The position numbers and the translations under genes are program-made. From assembly GCF_963921235.1 (NCBI RefSeq), contig NC_086097.1:223698001-223762000 (forward strand): DNA of 64,000 bases. Reading direction: 5' to 3'. The notes below the pieces were generated by a model that was given only the letters and a program-made list of their open reading frames with translations, was not told the DNA's origin and ran no database searches. This DNA comes from Mobula hypostoma. Lineage: Eukaryota. This document shows, piece after piece, positions 12,221 to 25,294 of the stretch. How positions within the stretch are numbered: the first letter of the stretch is position 1; each line of letters opens with the position of its first letter.

Positions 12221-14029
12221 GAAACAGGTGAATTGATTATGGGGAGCAAGGACATAGCAGACCAATTGAATAATTACTTTGGTTCTGTCTTCACTAAGGA
12301 GGACATAAATAATCTTCCAGAAATAGTAGGGGACAGAGGGTCCAGTGAGATGCAGGAACTGAGCGAAATACATGTTAGTAGGGAACTGAGCGAAATACAT
12401 GTTAGTAGGAAAGTGTTAGGTAAATTGAAGGGTTTGAAGGCAGATAAATCCCCAGGGCCAGATGGTCTGCATCCTAGAGTGCTTAAGGAAGTAGCCCAAG
12501 AAATAGTGGATGCATTAGTGGTAATTTTTCAAAACTCGTTAGATTCTGGACTAGTTCCTGAGGATTGGAGGGTGGCTAATGTAACTCCACTTTTTAAAAA
12601 AGGAGGGAGAGAGAAACCGGGGAATTATAGACCGGTTAGCCTAACGTCGGTGGTGGGGAAACTGCCGGAGTCAGTTATCAAGGATGTGATAACAGCACAT
12701 TTGGAAAGCGGTGAAATGATCGGACAAAGTCAGCATGGATTTGTGAAAGGAAAATCATGTCTGACGAATCTCATAGAATTTTTTGAGGATGTAACTAGTA
12801 GAGTGGATAGGGGAGAACCAGTGGATGTGGTATATTTGGATTTTCAAAAGGCTTTTGACAAGGTCCCACACAGGAGATTAGTGTGCAAACTTAAAGCACA
12901 CGGTATTGGGGGTAAGGTATTGGTGTGGGTGGAGAATTGGTTAGCAGACAGGAAGCAAAGAGTGGGAATAAACGGGACCTTTTCAGAATGGCAGGCAGTG
13001 ACTAGTGGGGTACCGCAAGGCTCAGTGCTGGGACCCCCCCAGTCATTTACAATATATATTAGTGACTTGGATGAGGGAATTAAATGCAGCATCTCCAAGT
13101 TTGCGGATGACACGAAGCTGGGTGGCAGTGTTAGCTGTGAGGAGGGTGCTAAGAGGATGCAGGGTGACTTGGATAGGTTGGGTGAGTGGGCAAATTCATG
13201 GCAGATGCAATTTAATGTGGATAAATGTGAAGTTATCCACTTTGGTGGCAAAAATAGGAAAACAGATTATTATCTGAATGGTGGCCGATTAGGAAAAGGG
13301 GAGGTGCAACGAGACCTGGGTGTCATTATACACCAGTCATTGAAAGTGGGCATGCAGGTACAGCAGGCGGTGAAAAAGGCGAATGGTATGCTGGCATTTA
13401 TAGCGAGAGGATTTGAGTACAGGAGCAGGGAGGTACTACTGCAGTTGTACAAGGCCTTGGTGAGACCAGACCTGGAGTATTGTGTGCAGTTTTGGTCCCC
13501 TAATCTGAGGAAAGACATCCTTGCCTTAGAGGGAGTACAAAGAAGGTTCACCAGATTGATTCCTGGGATGGCAGGACTTTCATATGAAGAAAGACCGGAT
13601 GAACTGGGCTTGTACTCGTTGGAATTTAGAAGATTGAGGGGGGATCTGATTGAAACGTATAAGATCCTAAAGGGATTGGACAGGCTAGATGCAGGAAGAT
13701 TGTTCCCGATGTTGGGGAAGTCCAGAACGAGGGGCCACAGTTTGAGGATAGAGGGGAAGCCTTTTAAGACCGAGATTAGGAAAAACTTCTTCACACAGAG
13801 AGTGGTGAATCTGTGGAATTCTCTGCCACAGGAAACAGTTGAGGCCAGTTCATTGGCTATATTTAAGAGAGAGTTAGATATGGCCCTTGTGGCTACAGGG
13901 GTCAGGGGGTATGGAGGGAAGGCTGGGGCGGGGTTCTGAGTTGGATGATCAGCCATGATCATAATAAATGGCGGTGCAGGCTCGAAGGGCCGAATGGCCT
14001 ACTCCTGCACCTATTTTCTATGTTTCTAT
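12221..14029 (+). mobile_element. Young 5'-truncated CR1 LINE with open RT frame
   Basis: 585-aa ORF with PGPDG, YRPVSLTS, DFQKAFDKV, GVPQGSVLGP, FADD; (TTCTATGT)2 tail; flanking GTAACA (12215-12220, 14030-14035). Confidence 0.95.
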
Positions 14030-15767
14030 GTAACAATGAAGAGGGCATGTCCTGGGTGATGGGGGTCTTTAATAATGAATGTCTACTTGAAGATGTCTTG
14101 GATACTATGGAGGCTAGTACCCATGATGGAACTAATTTTACGACTTTCTGTAGCTCCTTTCAGTCCTGTGCAACAGCTACCCCCCATACCAGACAGTGAT
14201 GCAGCCTGTCAGAATGCTCTGCAGGGTAATCTATAGATGTTTTCAAGTGTTTTAGTTGACAAATCAAATCTCTTCATACTCCTAATGAAATATAGCCACT
14301 GTCTTTCCTTCTTTATAGCTGCATTGATATGTTGGGACCAGGTTAGAGATGCTCAGATGTCTTGACACCCAAGTATTTGAAATTGCTCACCCTTGACACC
14401 TGATCCCTCAATCAGGACTGGATTGTGCTCCCTCGTCTTACCCTTCCTGCAGTTCACAATCAGCTCTTTAGTCTTACTGACACTGAGTGCAAGATTGTTG
14501 CTGCGACACCACTCAACTAGTTGGTAAATCTCGCTCCTGTACGCCTTCTCATCTCTATCTGAAATTCTACCAACAATGGCTATATCATCAGCAAATTTAT
14601 AGATGGTATTTGAACTATACCTAGCCACACAGTCTTGGGTATAAAGAGAGTAGAGCAGTGGGCTAAGCACACATCTCTGAGGTGCACCAGAGTTGATAGT
14701 CAGCGAGGAGGAGATATTACCAATCCACACAGATTGTGGTCTTCCGGTTAGAAAGTCGAGGATCCAATGGCAGAGGGAGGTTCAGAGACCCAGGTTCTGT
14801 AACCTAAAATCAGGATTGTGGGAATGATGGTGTTAAACGCCACGCTATATTCAATGAACAGCATCTTGACATAGTTGTTTGTATTGTCCAGGTGATCCAA
14901 GGCCATGTGAAGAGCTATTGAGATCGTGTCTGCCATACACCTATTGTAGCGATAGGCAAATTTCAGTGGGTCCAGGTCCTTGCCGAGGCAGGAGTTCATT
15001 CTAGCCATGACCAACCTCTCAAAGCATTTCATCACTGTAGACGTGAGTGCTACTGGGTGATAGTCATTAAGGCAGCTCACACCACTCTTCTTAGGCCTTT
15101 TTGAAGCAGGTGGGAACTTCTGCCTGCAGCAGTGAGAGGTTGAAAATGTCCTTGAATACTCCTGCCAGTTGGTTGACACAAGTCTTCAGAGCCTTACGAG
15201 GTACTCCATCAGGGCTTGCCGCCTTGCAAGGGTTTACCCTCCTTAAAGACAGGCCAGCATCAGCCTCTGAGACAGAGATCACAGAGTCACCGAGTGCAGC
15301 AGGGATCCTCACAGCTGTAGTTATATTCTCCCTTTCAAAGTGGGCATAGAAGGCATTGAGATCCTCAGGTAGTGAAGCATCGCTGCCATTCATGCTACTG
15401 GGTTTCACTTTGTAGGAAGTAATGCCCTGCAAACCCTGCTATAGTTCACTTGCATCCAGTGTTGCCTGCAGCCTGGCTCAGAATTGTTTCTTTGCTGTTG
15501 AGATAGTCTTCCACAAGTCATATCTGGTTTTCTTGTAAAGACCTGTATCACCAGACTTAAATGCCACAAGTCTAATCCTCAGTTGACGACATACCTCCTA
15601 GTTTATCCATGGGTTTTGGTTTGGGCATGCAGAGCACGTTTTCGTAGGCACACACTCAGCCACACAGGTTTTAATGAAGTCAGTAACATCTATGGCACAT
15701 TCATCCAGATTTGAAGATGAATCCCTGAACACAATCCAGTCCACCGATTCAAACCAGTCCTTTAAGT

Positions 15768-16007
15768 CAGTGGTCCCCAAGCACCAGGCCGTGGACCGGT
15801 ACCGGGCCACAAAGCACATGCTACCGGGTCACGAGGAAATAATATGATTTGGCGATATGAAACAATATGAGTCAGCTGCACCTTTCCTCATTCCCTATCA
15901 CGCACTGTTGAACTTGAACACCCCCACCCCACCTCCCGTTAACCGGCCTGCAAGAATATTGTCAATATTAAACCGGTCTGCAGTGCAAAAAAGGTTGCGG
16001 ACCCCTG
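15768..16007. mobile_element. hAT-type MITE
   Basis: Terminal inverted repeats (TIRs) CAGTGGTCCCCAA / TTGCGGACCCCTG; 8-bp TSD CTTTAAGT / CTGTAAGT (1 mismatch). Confidence 0.8.
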
Positions 16008-17179
16008 CTGTAAGTGTTCCTGTGCTTCACTTGTCCATATCTTCTTGATCTTCACTACTGGTTCTGCAGACTTCAGTCTCTGCCTACACTCAGGAAGTAG
16101 AAGTACAGCCAGGTGATCAGACTTTCTGAAATGAGTCATGGAATAGCACGGTAAGCACCCTTGATGGTGGTGTAACAGTGGTCCAGTGTGTTGTTTCCTC
16201 TGGTACTACAAGCGATTTGTTAATGGTAATTATTTAGTGATTTTTTTCACTAAGCTGGCCTGGTTAAAATTCCCCAAAATAATGGTGAAGGCATCAGGGT
16301 GTGTTGTTTCCTGCATGTTGATCATCTAGATTCTGCTTAACATTGGCCTGAGGTGACATGTACACCGCTACCGAAATGATTGCTGAAATCTCTTGCAGTA
16401 GGTAAAATGGATGGCACTTAATTGTGGGACATTCCAGGTCTGGTGAGCAGAAATGTGCACCAAGAGGAGTTGATCATGAGGCATACACCACCACCTCTGC
16501 TTTTGAGAGACTTGACTGTCCTATCCTGATGGTGTACAGAAAACCTGTCGATCTGAATCGCTGAATCCGGTACGGAAGGGGTTAACCAGGATTCTGTGAA
16601 ACAAAGGACGCATGTAGTCCAGCACTCTAGCTCTGAGATCTTCGATTTTATTTACTAGAGACTGTATGTTTGTCAGCAAGATAGTCGGTGTTAGGAGTCT
16701 AAAACTGTCTCAAATGGTAATTATCAGAATCAGAATTATTTTGTACAGACAATCCAACATGGATGACAATTTTTACTGCTCGGTAACTTCAAGGATACAT
16801 TATAATTGCCCTTCATATTAGTCTCTGCTCAAATACAAAACCTGAACTGTTACTTAAAAGAAATTTTGATTGAGAATCTGTATATACCACTGCTTAAAAT
16901 GTTTGATTAGTGATTGTTAAACATTTAAAAACTTTCCCCAACTCCAATTCAAAATCCAAATACTGACCAACTTATCTAGGTTTTTAAAAATAGTGTAAAC
17001 AAATTACAACTGCAGCTCCATTTCCAATTATTTTGTTTCAAATGGAGCCATACAGCTGAATAAAACCTTATATTTTTATTCTGTTGAAGGGTCTGATGGT
17101 GAGTTCCTCCAGAATTTCGTGTGTTTTGCTCTGGATTTGTGGAATCCATCTACATAATCTCTTGTGTTTATATTTTTAT

Positions 17180-17560
17180 CTTCAGGCAGATGGGGCTCGT
17201 CAGCTGTGGTTGGCAGCTTATCTGGGAGAAGAAAAACTCTGATCTCAAACATCTGCTGCCTTGCGGCTATACCCGCTTATGGAGTAGGCTTTGGGAGTAA
17301 TCCCTGAGGAAAAATCCGGAGCTGGAATCCCTAGGACAATCCTCAGTTGTTTTCAATGATGACTGGTAACTTCTGTGACACTGCTGGTGCCAAACTGTAT
17401 CGGTCTCTGCCGTTCCTTTGGATTCATCAGCTGCCAAGACAGGGGGAGCCTGCTGCATGGGCAACAGTTTGCTCTCCATATCATATTGCGCTGGCCTGCA
17501 TGTCACATAGACAACTGGCACGCAATATCTATGGTTGACCCCGACCAATGGAGGACTCAG
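17180..17560. mobile_element. Short non-coding retroposon of unclear family (possibly RTE-derived)
   Basis: GC-richer insert flanked by 11-bp direct repeat TATATTTTTAT (17169-17179, 17561-17571). Confidence 0.5.
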
Positions 17561-17669
17561 TATATTTTTATTCACTAAAAAGAAAAAAGTTGGTGATAAG
17601 AGAACTGCAAAGTCCATTGACTGTATGCTCTGCAATGGAACTGATTATCACGGAAATACTAAGAAAAAA

Positions 17670-17926
17670 GGGGCTTCCCCCCTCCCCCTTTCTTTCTCCC
17701 TAGGCCTCCCATCTCTTGATCCTTTCATATCCCTTTTGCCAATCAACTGTCCAGCTCTTGGCTCCATCCCTCCCCCTCCTGTCTTCTCCTATCATTTCGG
17801 ATCTCCCCCTCCCCCTCCCACTATCTCTTCTTTCAGTTAGTCCTGACGAAGGGTCTCGGCCCGAAACATCGACTGTACCTCTTCCTAGAGATGCTGCCTG
17901 GCCTGCTGTGTTCACCAGCAACTTTT
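17670..17926 (+). mobile_element. Penelope-like element, long form, hammerhead core with a mutated palindrome
   Basis: Homologous to 1-270; core 17839-17874 reads GAAACATC. Confidence 0.75.
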
Positions 17927-18049
17927 AGAAGTATTACACAAATGGCTTGTGGTTAATCAGGGATACAAATATATCATCTCACTGTTGTTCCTTTTGTTTT
18001 CTCAAAATATTTGCAGATGTTACTCTTTGCTACATACCAATGACTTGGA

Positions 18050-18770
18050 TAGTACAGCACGGGAACAGGCCCTTCAGCACACAATGTTGTGCCAATCCAA
18101 ATAGTTCTTAAAAGGCCAATTAAACTAATCCCTTCTGTCAACACAATGTCCATGTCCTTCCATTTTTCTCACATTCATATGCCTATCTAAGAGTCCCTAA
18201 TGTATCTGCCTCTACTACCACCCAAGGCAGTGCATTCCAGGCACCCATCATTCTGTATAAAAAAAACGTGCCCCTCACATTTCCTTTGAAATTATTCCCT
18301 CTCACCTGAAATACATGCCTTCTGGTATTAGACATTTCAACCGTACAAAATATAAATTGTCTGTTTATTCTATCTATGCCTCTCAAAATTTTATAATCCT
18401 CTATCAGTTCTCCCCTCAGCCTCTGCTGCTCCAGAGAAAACAACCCAATTTGTCCAAACTCTTGTTATAGCGCACGCCCTCTAATCCAGGCAACATCCTG
18501 GTAAACCTGCACTTTCTCCAAAGCCTTGATATCCTTCCTATAATGGGGTGAACTGAACTGTATGCAAAACTCCAGATGTGGCCTAGCTACATAAAACTAT
18601 AACACAACTTCCTGACTTTTGAACTCAATGCCTTGACTAATGAAGGCAAGCATGCCATATGCCTTTGTAACTACCCTATCGAGCTGTGCAGCCACTTTTA
18701 GGGAGCTATGATCCCTCAGCTCATCAACACTGATTTGAGTCTTGTCCTTAACAGTACACAGTCTCTTGAA
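18050..18770 (-). mobile_element. CR1 LINE 3' fragment
   Basis: ORFs with FSLEQQRLRGELIEDYKIL and KAYGMLAFISQGIEFKS. Confidence 0.8.
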
Positions 18771-18897
18771 ATAAAAATATGGGAGCTGGGACAGAGTGTA
18801 TGTTTCATTTTTGGTTTGGTGAGGTGTACACATATGACGTGTTGGCTTGCTGACGTATGCCATTCATATACTTTTACATATAATCTGTAATGAATCT

Positions 18898-20780
18898 TGT
18901 AACAGCCAAGAACGCTTAATCAAACAATGTATTTACAATATACTCAAATAGTACTGAAACATTAAATAACACCCCATCCTGCTTAGCTATAAACTCCAAT
19001 TCAATATAGAATACATCTCATCTGTTACACCGAATGTGTGTCAGTTGTCCATCGTCTCAGACGATGACGTAAACCCGTGCAGGAGTTTTATCGTGAAAAA
19101 GCCATTGCACTGGGACAGTTCCACAATCTGGACCTCAAAAATCTTGGTCCAATGGTACAAAAAATCGTCACAACTGAAGACTTCCTCTACAGCAGTGGAT
19201 AGCCATGACAGCTTCTGTGCCTTGTTATGCCCTTCACTCCCCATGAAGCGTTGCAGCACCGCCTTCTTGGCTGTTGGTTCTTGTAGCTGATCTCATTCAC
19301 CCAGTCTGCTGCAACTGGCTTCGCATGCTGAGTTAGGCACACCCCTATCTCACCGGGGTCAGAAGTTCCTCGCCACCCACCTTGTTTAGTCTGCCTTTCG
19401 AAGCGGTGTACCAGGGTGTGGCCACTGTTGCAGTTACTCGGAGCCACAGGTGAGAGCTAGGTGGTGGGTGGGAACCAAAGGTAGATGAGCTGCCCCTGGG
19501 TGGAGTACGACAAGCCGGCACCAGAGGTGCTACCTCTCCCTGGACACCCCATACACAGTATACTACACATACAGCTACCAATTCTAAAATTTTTAACTGT
19601 CCAATTCAGGCATCAAGATTCAATCACTGTGGGCGATTTCTTACTCTTGTGGGATAATTTCGTTCCTGATACGGGGAGTCATTCTGCTTGACAGGTGAAA
19701 CTTGTGGCTGTGAAACAAACTGTGAGTACAGTGTTTGACATCACCTTTTCCTCTACTTTTCTGAAAGCTGCCTCACAATGTTTTTTCCATTGCCATTTCT
19801 TCCCGATCTGTAGTAATGAGTTCAAGGGGTGGAGAACAGTAGCTAGGTTTGACAGGAACCTGTTATAGTAATTGACAAATCCAAATATGGCCCTTTTTGA
19901 GTGTTTGTGAGAAACACTTTGGAAGCTACTTCCATCTCCATCTGTAGGTAGACCTCAGCTAAATCCACTTTGCTGAAGTGTTTCCCTCTAGAAAGGCTTG
20001 CAAAGATATCTATCCTAGGCAGAGGGGTATTGATCAACTTTCAGTACTGAGCTGATGGTAACCTTAAAACAGTGGTCCCCAACCACCGGGCCGCAAAGCA
20101 TGTGCTACTGGGCTGCGAGGAAACGATATGATTTGGCGATATGAAATGATATGAGTCAGCTGCACCTTTCCTCATTCCCTGTCATGCACTGTTGAACTTG
20201 AAATAACCTACCAAATCATACACAAAACCCAAAATAACACTAACATATAGTAAAAGCAGGAATGATATGATAAATACACAGCCTATATAAAGTAGAATTA
20301 ATGTATGTACAGTGTAAGCCAAAACCGATTTGTAGGAAAAAAATTGGCACGTACACACATGCGCACATCACGCATGCGCACACAGGTGCCCGCACAAGGC
20401 TTCGTGGTCATGGTAGTCTTTCTCGGGGTAAACACAAGTGTCCTGTATTTGGCTGCTACTACTAATATTGTCAATATTAAACCAGTCCGTGGTGCAAAAA
20501 AGTTTGGGGACCCCTGCCTTAAAATCACTACAGATCCGGACAGATGCTTCTTGACTATTGGCAACACTGGTGTTGTCCGTGGCTCCACTCAAACATGCAA
20601 AGAATTTCTTCAGCTTCCATTTGAACTAGCTCAGTGGCTAGACCAAAGCTTTACCTGGTGTATTACCAGCATTGCTCAGTTTTCTGGCAGCTGTTATATT
20701 CCATTTCTCACTGTTCCAGCAGTTACTGCTCCCTGCTGTCCTTCCACTTACACCTCTTCCAGAAGGATTAATTACCAGTA
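18898..20780 (-). mobile_element. Gypsy LTR-retrotransposon remnants, interrupted
   Basis: ORF 19843-20037 PLPRIDIFASLSRGKHFSKVDLAEVYLQM is Gypsy RT-like; adjacent VRICSDFK; boundaries approximate. Confidence 0.6.
20070..20516. mobile_element. hAT-type MITE with internal Tigger-like segment
   Basis: TIRs CAGTGGTCCCCAA / TTGGGGACCCCTG; perfect 8-bp TSD CCTTAAAA (20062-20069, 20517-20524). Confidence 0.85.
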
Positions 20781-20841
20781 ACAAGGCTTCAGTGCCCTCT
20801 CCTCATCCATACCAGTCTCTATCATTACATCTCTAACCACT

Positions 20842-21025
20842 CAACACACAAAGTGCCAGAGGAACTCAGCAAGTCAGGCAGCACCTATGGAAATGAGTGA
20901 ACAGTTGATGTTTCGGCCTGAAATGTAGACTGTTTCCTATGTTTCACAGATGCTACCTGGCCTGTTGAGTTCCTCCAGCATTTTATCTGCGTTGAGTGGA
21001 TTTCCATCATCTGCCGATTTCTCAA
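20842..21025. mobile_element. Older fold-back Penelope-like element, catalytic core deleted
   Basis: Inverted arms; TSD CTCTAACCACT (20831-20841, 21026-21036). Confidence 0.65.
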
Positions 21026-21289
21026 CTCTAACCACTTGATCTATTTATTTATTCCTAATTCCAGCCTACAGATGAGTGATAAGTAAGGCAAAACCAAAAA
21101 GTGACAGTATGGCCTGAGGGAGCCATCTCATGGATTCAGGACTGCTTCAAGTTCACAGAGTAGAACTTGCTGGCCTGCTAAGCAACACATTATTTAGGAA
21201 CTGACAGAGCAGAGATTCCCAGCCTGGAGTCCTTGGTTAATGATAGGGATTCATGGCATAAAAACGGCTGGGAATCCCTGACTTAGAGG

Positions 21290-22100
21290 GAATATACCAC
21301 CGTGCACATGCACTATATAAATTACTGTGTAGACAAAGTCGCCAGCAATAAAAACATCCGTGTATTCACGAATCAGAAGCTATGGCTGAACAATGGAGTC
21401 TGGAACCTACTCAGGGTTGGGACCAGGTAAAACTTTAAAGGAGGCATTAAACCAGCAAATAAAGATACAAACAACAGATAGAGATACACTTCAATAACGC
21501 TAAAAATAAAACCTGATGCATGTGAAAAGGCATCAGGTCCATCACTGACTATAAAGGAAAGATCTCCTGCCCTGCAGTAATGCCACACCAGCTGAGGAGC
21601 TGAACAACTTACTTGCTCAGTTTGACAGGAGCAACAATGAACTGGCGATGAAGGCTTTGACACCTAAGGATTACACACATTGCTGACACTGTGCACACCA
21701 GGCGAGATGTACTTTCTGCAGAGTCAAGACACGCAGAGCAGCTGGACCAGATGGCATACCCAAGTGGTCCTCAGGGATTGTGCTGACCAGCTAGTAGAGG
21801 TTTTTACTGAAATCTATCAGACTCTGTCTGTCCCTTGCTCTGGTCCCTGCATGCTTCAAAACAGCAACCATCTTACCAATCCCAAAGCAGTCAGCGGTAA
21901 CATGCCTGAATGACTACAGACTGGTTACACTTATCCCTAGAGCTGCCAAGTCCCTAGAGAGACTAGTTATATACCACATGAAGAACGCCATCCCTGCTAC
22001 TCTGGACCAGCACCAGTATGCTTACAAGACAAACAGATCAACTGAGGAGGCCATCTCCATAGTGTACTGGAACACTTGGAGCATAAGGACACATAAGGAT
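21290..22100 (+). mobile_element. Divergent Rex1/Babar-like LINE fragment
   Basis: gctggaccagatggcatac (AGPDGI), LRDCADQLVEVFTEI, and a CLNDYR-like motif. Confidence 0.6.
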
Positions 22101-22102
22101 AA

Positions 22103-23265
22103 GGATTTGTGAATGGAAAATCATGTCTGACGAATCTCATAGAATTTTTTGAGGATGTAACTAGTAGAGTGGATAGGGGAGAACCAGTGGATGTGGTATA
22201 TTTGGATTTTCAAAAGGCTTTTGACAAGGTCCCACACAGGAGATTAGTGTGCAAACTTAAAGCACACGGTATTGGGGGTAAGGTATTGGTGTGGGTGGAG
22301 AATTGGTTAGCAGACAGGAAGCAAAGAGTGGGAATAAACGGGACCTTTTCAGAATGGCAGGCAGTGACTAGTGGGGTACCGCAAGGCTCAGTGCTGGGAC
22401 CCCAGTCATTTACAATATATATTAGTGACTTGGATGAGGGAATTAAATGCAGCATCTCCAAGTTTGCGGATGACACGAAGCTGGGTGGCAGTGTTAGCTG
22501 TGAGGAGGGTGCTAAGAGGATGCAGGGTGACTTGGATAGGTTGGGTGAGTGGGCAAATTCATGGCAGATGCAATTTAATGTGGATAAATGTGAAGTTATC
22601 CACTTTGGTGGCAAAAATAGGAAAACAGATTATTATCTGAATGGTGGCCGATTAGGAAAAGGGGAGGTGCAACGAGACCTGGGTGTCATTATACACCAGT
22701 CATTGAAAGTGGGCATGCAGGTACAGCAGGCGGTGAAAAAGGCGAATGGTATGCTGGCATTTATAGCGAGAGGATTCGAGTACAGGAGCAGGGAGGTACT
22801 ACTGCAGTTGTACAAGGCCTTGGTGAGACCACACCTGGAGTATTGTGTGCAGTTTTGGTCCCCTAATCTGAGGAAAGACATCCTTGCCTTAGAGGGAGTA
22901 CAAAGAAGGTTCACCAGATTGATTCCTGGGATGGCAGGACTTTCATATGAAGAAAGACTGGATGAACTGGGCTTGTACTCGTTGGAATTTAGAAGATTGA
23001 GGGGGGGATCTGATTGAAACGTATAAAATCCTAAAGGGATTGGACAGGCTAGATGCAGGAAGATTGTTCCCGATGTTGGGGAAGTCCAGAACGAGGGGCC
23101 ACAGTTTGAGGATAGAGGGGAAGCCTTTTAAGACCGAGATTAGGAAAAACTTCTTCACACAGAGAGTGGTGAATCTGTGGAATTCTCTGCCACAGGAAAC
23201 AGTTGAGGCCAGTTCATTGGCTATATTTAAGAGGGAGTTAGATATGGCCCTTGTGGCTACAAGGG
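22103..23265 (+). mobile_element. Young CR1 LINE, truncated at both ends
   Basis: Near-identical to 12737-13900; +1 frameshift in the G-run at 23001-23007; no 3' UTR or tail. Confidence 0.95.
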
Positions 23266-23383
23266 CTTTCATAGGAACGCTCTATCTTCGGATGGCGGGG
23301 GAAACCTGTACCAGTATGAAAACCATCTACAACTCATAATGTCTATGGGGTGGGCTTGCAAAATCGTGATGGACTCATCTCAC

Positions 23384-24008
23384 TGTAATATAATGTTAAG
23401 AAGTTAGCATCTCGCAGGCCTCTTGTAATGTAATGTTAAGAAGTTATCATCTCACAGACCTCTTGTGACCCTGGCTATTTTGTATGGGTCATAGCGGCTA
23501 AGACTTTGACAAAAAGCATAGAATCATAAGTGTTTCTCACAAGATAAGCTGAGCAGGTGATATTATTCTTGGTATGCAACCCATGTAACTTCAGTCCTTG
23601 CTTAAGAACAATTTATACCATTGTTTGATTAACTGCTGTAAGAAACATAGCGCTTGCTAGATAAGCATTACAAGGAATGCCTGTTTCAAGGGTGGGAAGC
23701 TCTGAGGGGTAAGCTTATGTCTGGCTGTATAAGGGTAGTTAGCTGTTACACGAACAATTTATGGCTGATAAGTTAAACGATACTCATCTGTACAGAAACT
23801 AAGGGGGTGAACCCACCTGTATCTATGTACGTGACTGCATATGTATAAAAAGCACTGTATTTGCTTCAGAAGCCAGAGACCCCCGGAGCAGCCCAAGAGA
23901 TTGCTTAAGGAGGGCTCTCTCTGGTAACTTGCTAATAAAGTGTTGAAGTTACATTCACCGTTGTGTGTGGTGTCTTTGCGTCGGGTTGATCGAAAGAAGT
24001 TTACGACA
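23384..24008 (+). mobile_element. Solo LTR (ERV-like or Gypsy)
   Basis: TG...CA termini, TSD TCAC (23380-23383, 24009-24012), TATAAAA at 23844, AATAAA at 23934, tandem repeat in U3. Confidence 0.85.
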
Positions 24009-24609
24009 TCACTACAGTAATCACCCATTCAATCTGCTACTATCTGGCAGGAGACACAGAAACATCTCTGCATGGACATTCAGACTGAAAAAAAAACCAG
24101 CTTTTCCCCTAGGGCTGTCATGCAACTGAATAATGACACCACCCACCCATAGTCCATAGGCACTATGGACAATCTATAAGTGCAATACATGATTTTATAT
24201 GTATATAATTCTCTACACTATGTTTAATTATTGTATTTGATGGGGCAGCCACTATTTCTTAATTTTAGAGTTGCTCGTTTTTAAATTCAGTTGTAACTTA
24301 GATATCACTCTGAATAACTTGGACATTATTCTAAATTCAGTCATTGTGTTTTTAGTAATTGAATTGAGTACCGCTGCAATCTTGTTGGACTCAGCAACGA
24401 CAATAAAGCTCTAACACTCTCTCCATCCCTTCTCTGCAAATTTAAATGTTTCTCAATTCTGAATGTAGGTCATTGACCTGATTTACTCTTGTTTCTCTCT
24501 TTATGAATACTATATCAAATCTGCTGAGTATTTTCAGCATTTTGTTTTAATTTCTGACCTTTTTGTGAACTACTGACCTGCTATCTCCAGCATTATACAT
24601 GCAAGTCCA

Positions 24610-24945
24610 CTTTGGGACTTCATCTTTTTCCATTGAGAATGGGGGAGATTCAAACAAGAGGACATGAGTTGAGAGTTAAAGGGCAAAAGTTTAGGGGTAA
24701 CATGAGGGGGAACTTCTTTACCCAGAGGGTGACGGCTGTGTGGAGCGGGCTCCCGGCAGAAGTGGTTGAGGCAGGTTTGATGTTGTCGTTCAAAGTTAAA
24801 TTCGATAGATATATGGACAGGAGGGGAATGGAGGGTTATGGGCTGAGTGCAGGTCGGTGGGACTAGGTGAGAGTAAGAGTTTGGTATGGACTAGAAGGGC
24901 CGAGATGGCCTATTTCCGTGCTGTAATTGTTATGCGGTTATATCG
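24610..24945 (+). mobile_element. CR1 LINE 3' end
   Basis: TRGHELRVKGQKFRGNMRGNFFTQRV. Confidence 0.8.
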
Positions 24946-25294
24946 TTGGTTAATTTTTCACTGTTACATTTCTTGTTTGGCCTAATTTGTAGAATTATAT
25001 TTTCTCCAAGACATCAGAAAGTCCAAGGTTTACACAGGAGAGTTCATACTGAATTTTACAACGATGCAATCTTAATATCCATTCAAACTGAATGCTTTGC
25101 ACTTAATGAAATGAACATAACTTTGTGTCTTGGCATTTTAGATCACACTCTATTTACTAGCCAGTACTCTGTTTCTAGTGACTGTATTGATTAATTAAAA
25201 TAAAGTTTCACCTTAGAACCGCTGGTCTTCACTACAATTGGCAGGGTAATACCAAAAGACCAAATTGAAACCTCTTACTCAATGTCAACACGAC

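Larger units (their letters stand above)
11928..16710 (-). mobile_element. Rex1/Babar LINE (degraded, long), interrupted by a CR1 and a hAT MITE
   Basis: RT motifs [17 protein letters not shown]...YKFADD (14353-14730) and [14 protein letters not shown] (14748-15179); 3' end near 11928-12214. Confidence 0.85.

Noticed and set aside
12182..13939. Domesticated RT gene
   Set aside because: 5'-truncated young CR1 near-identical to other copies; the ORF start comes from flanking Rex1 sequence
13270..13962. 230-aa ORF antisense to CR1 RT
   Set aside because: Shadow frame of the LINE ORF, broken in the other copies
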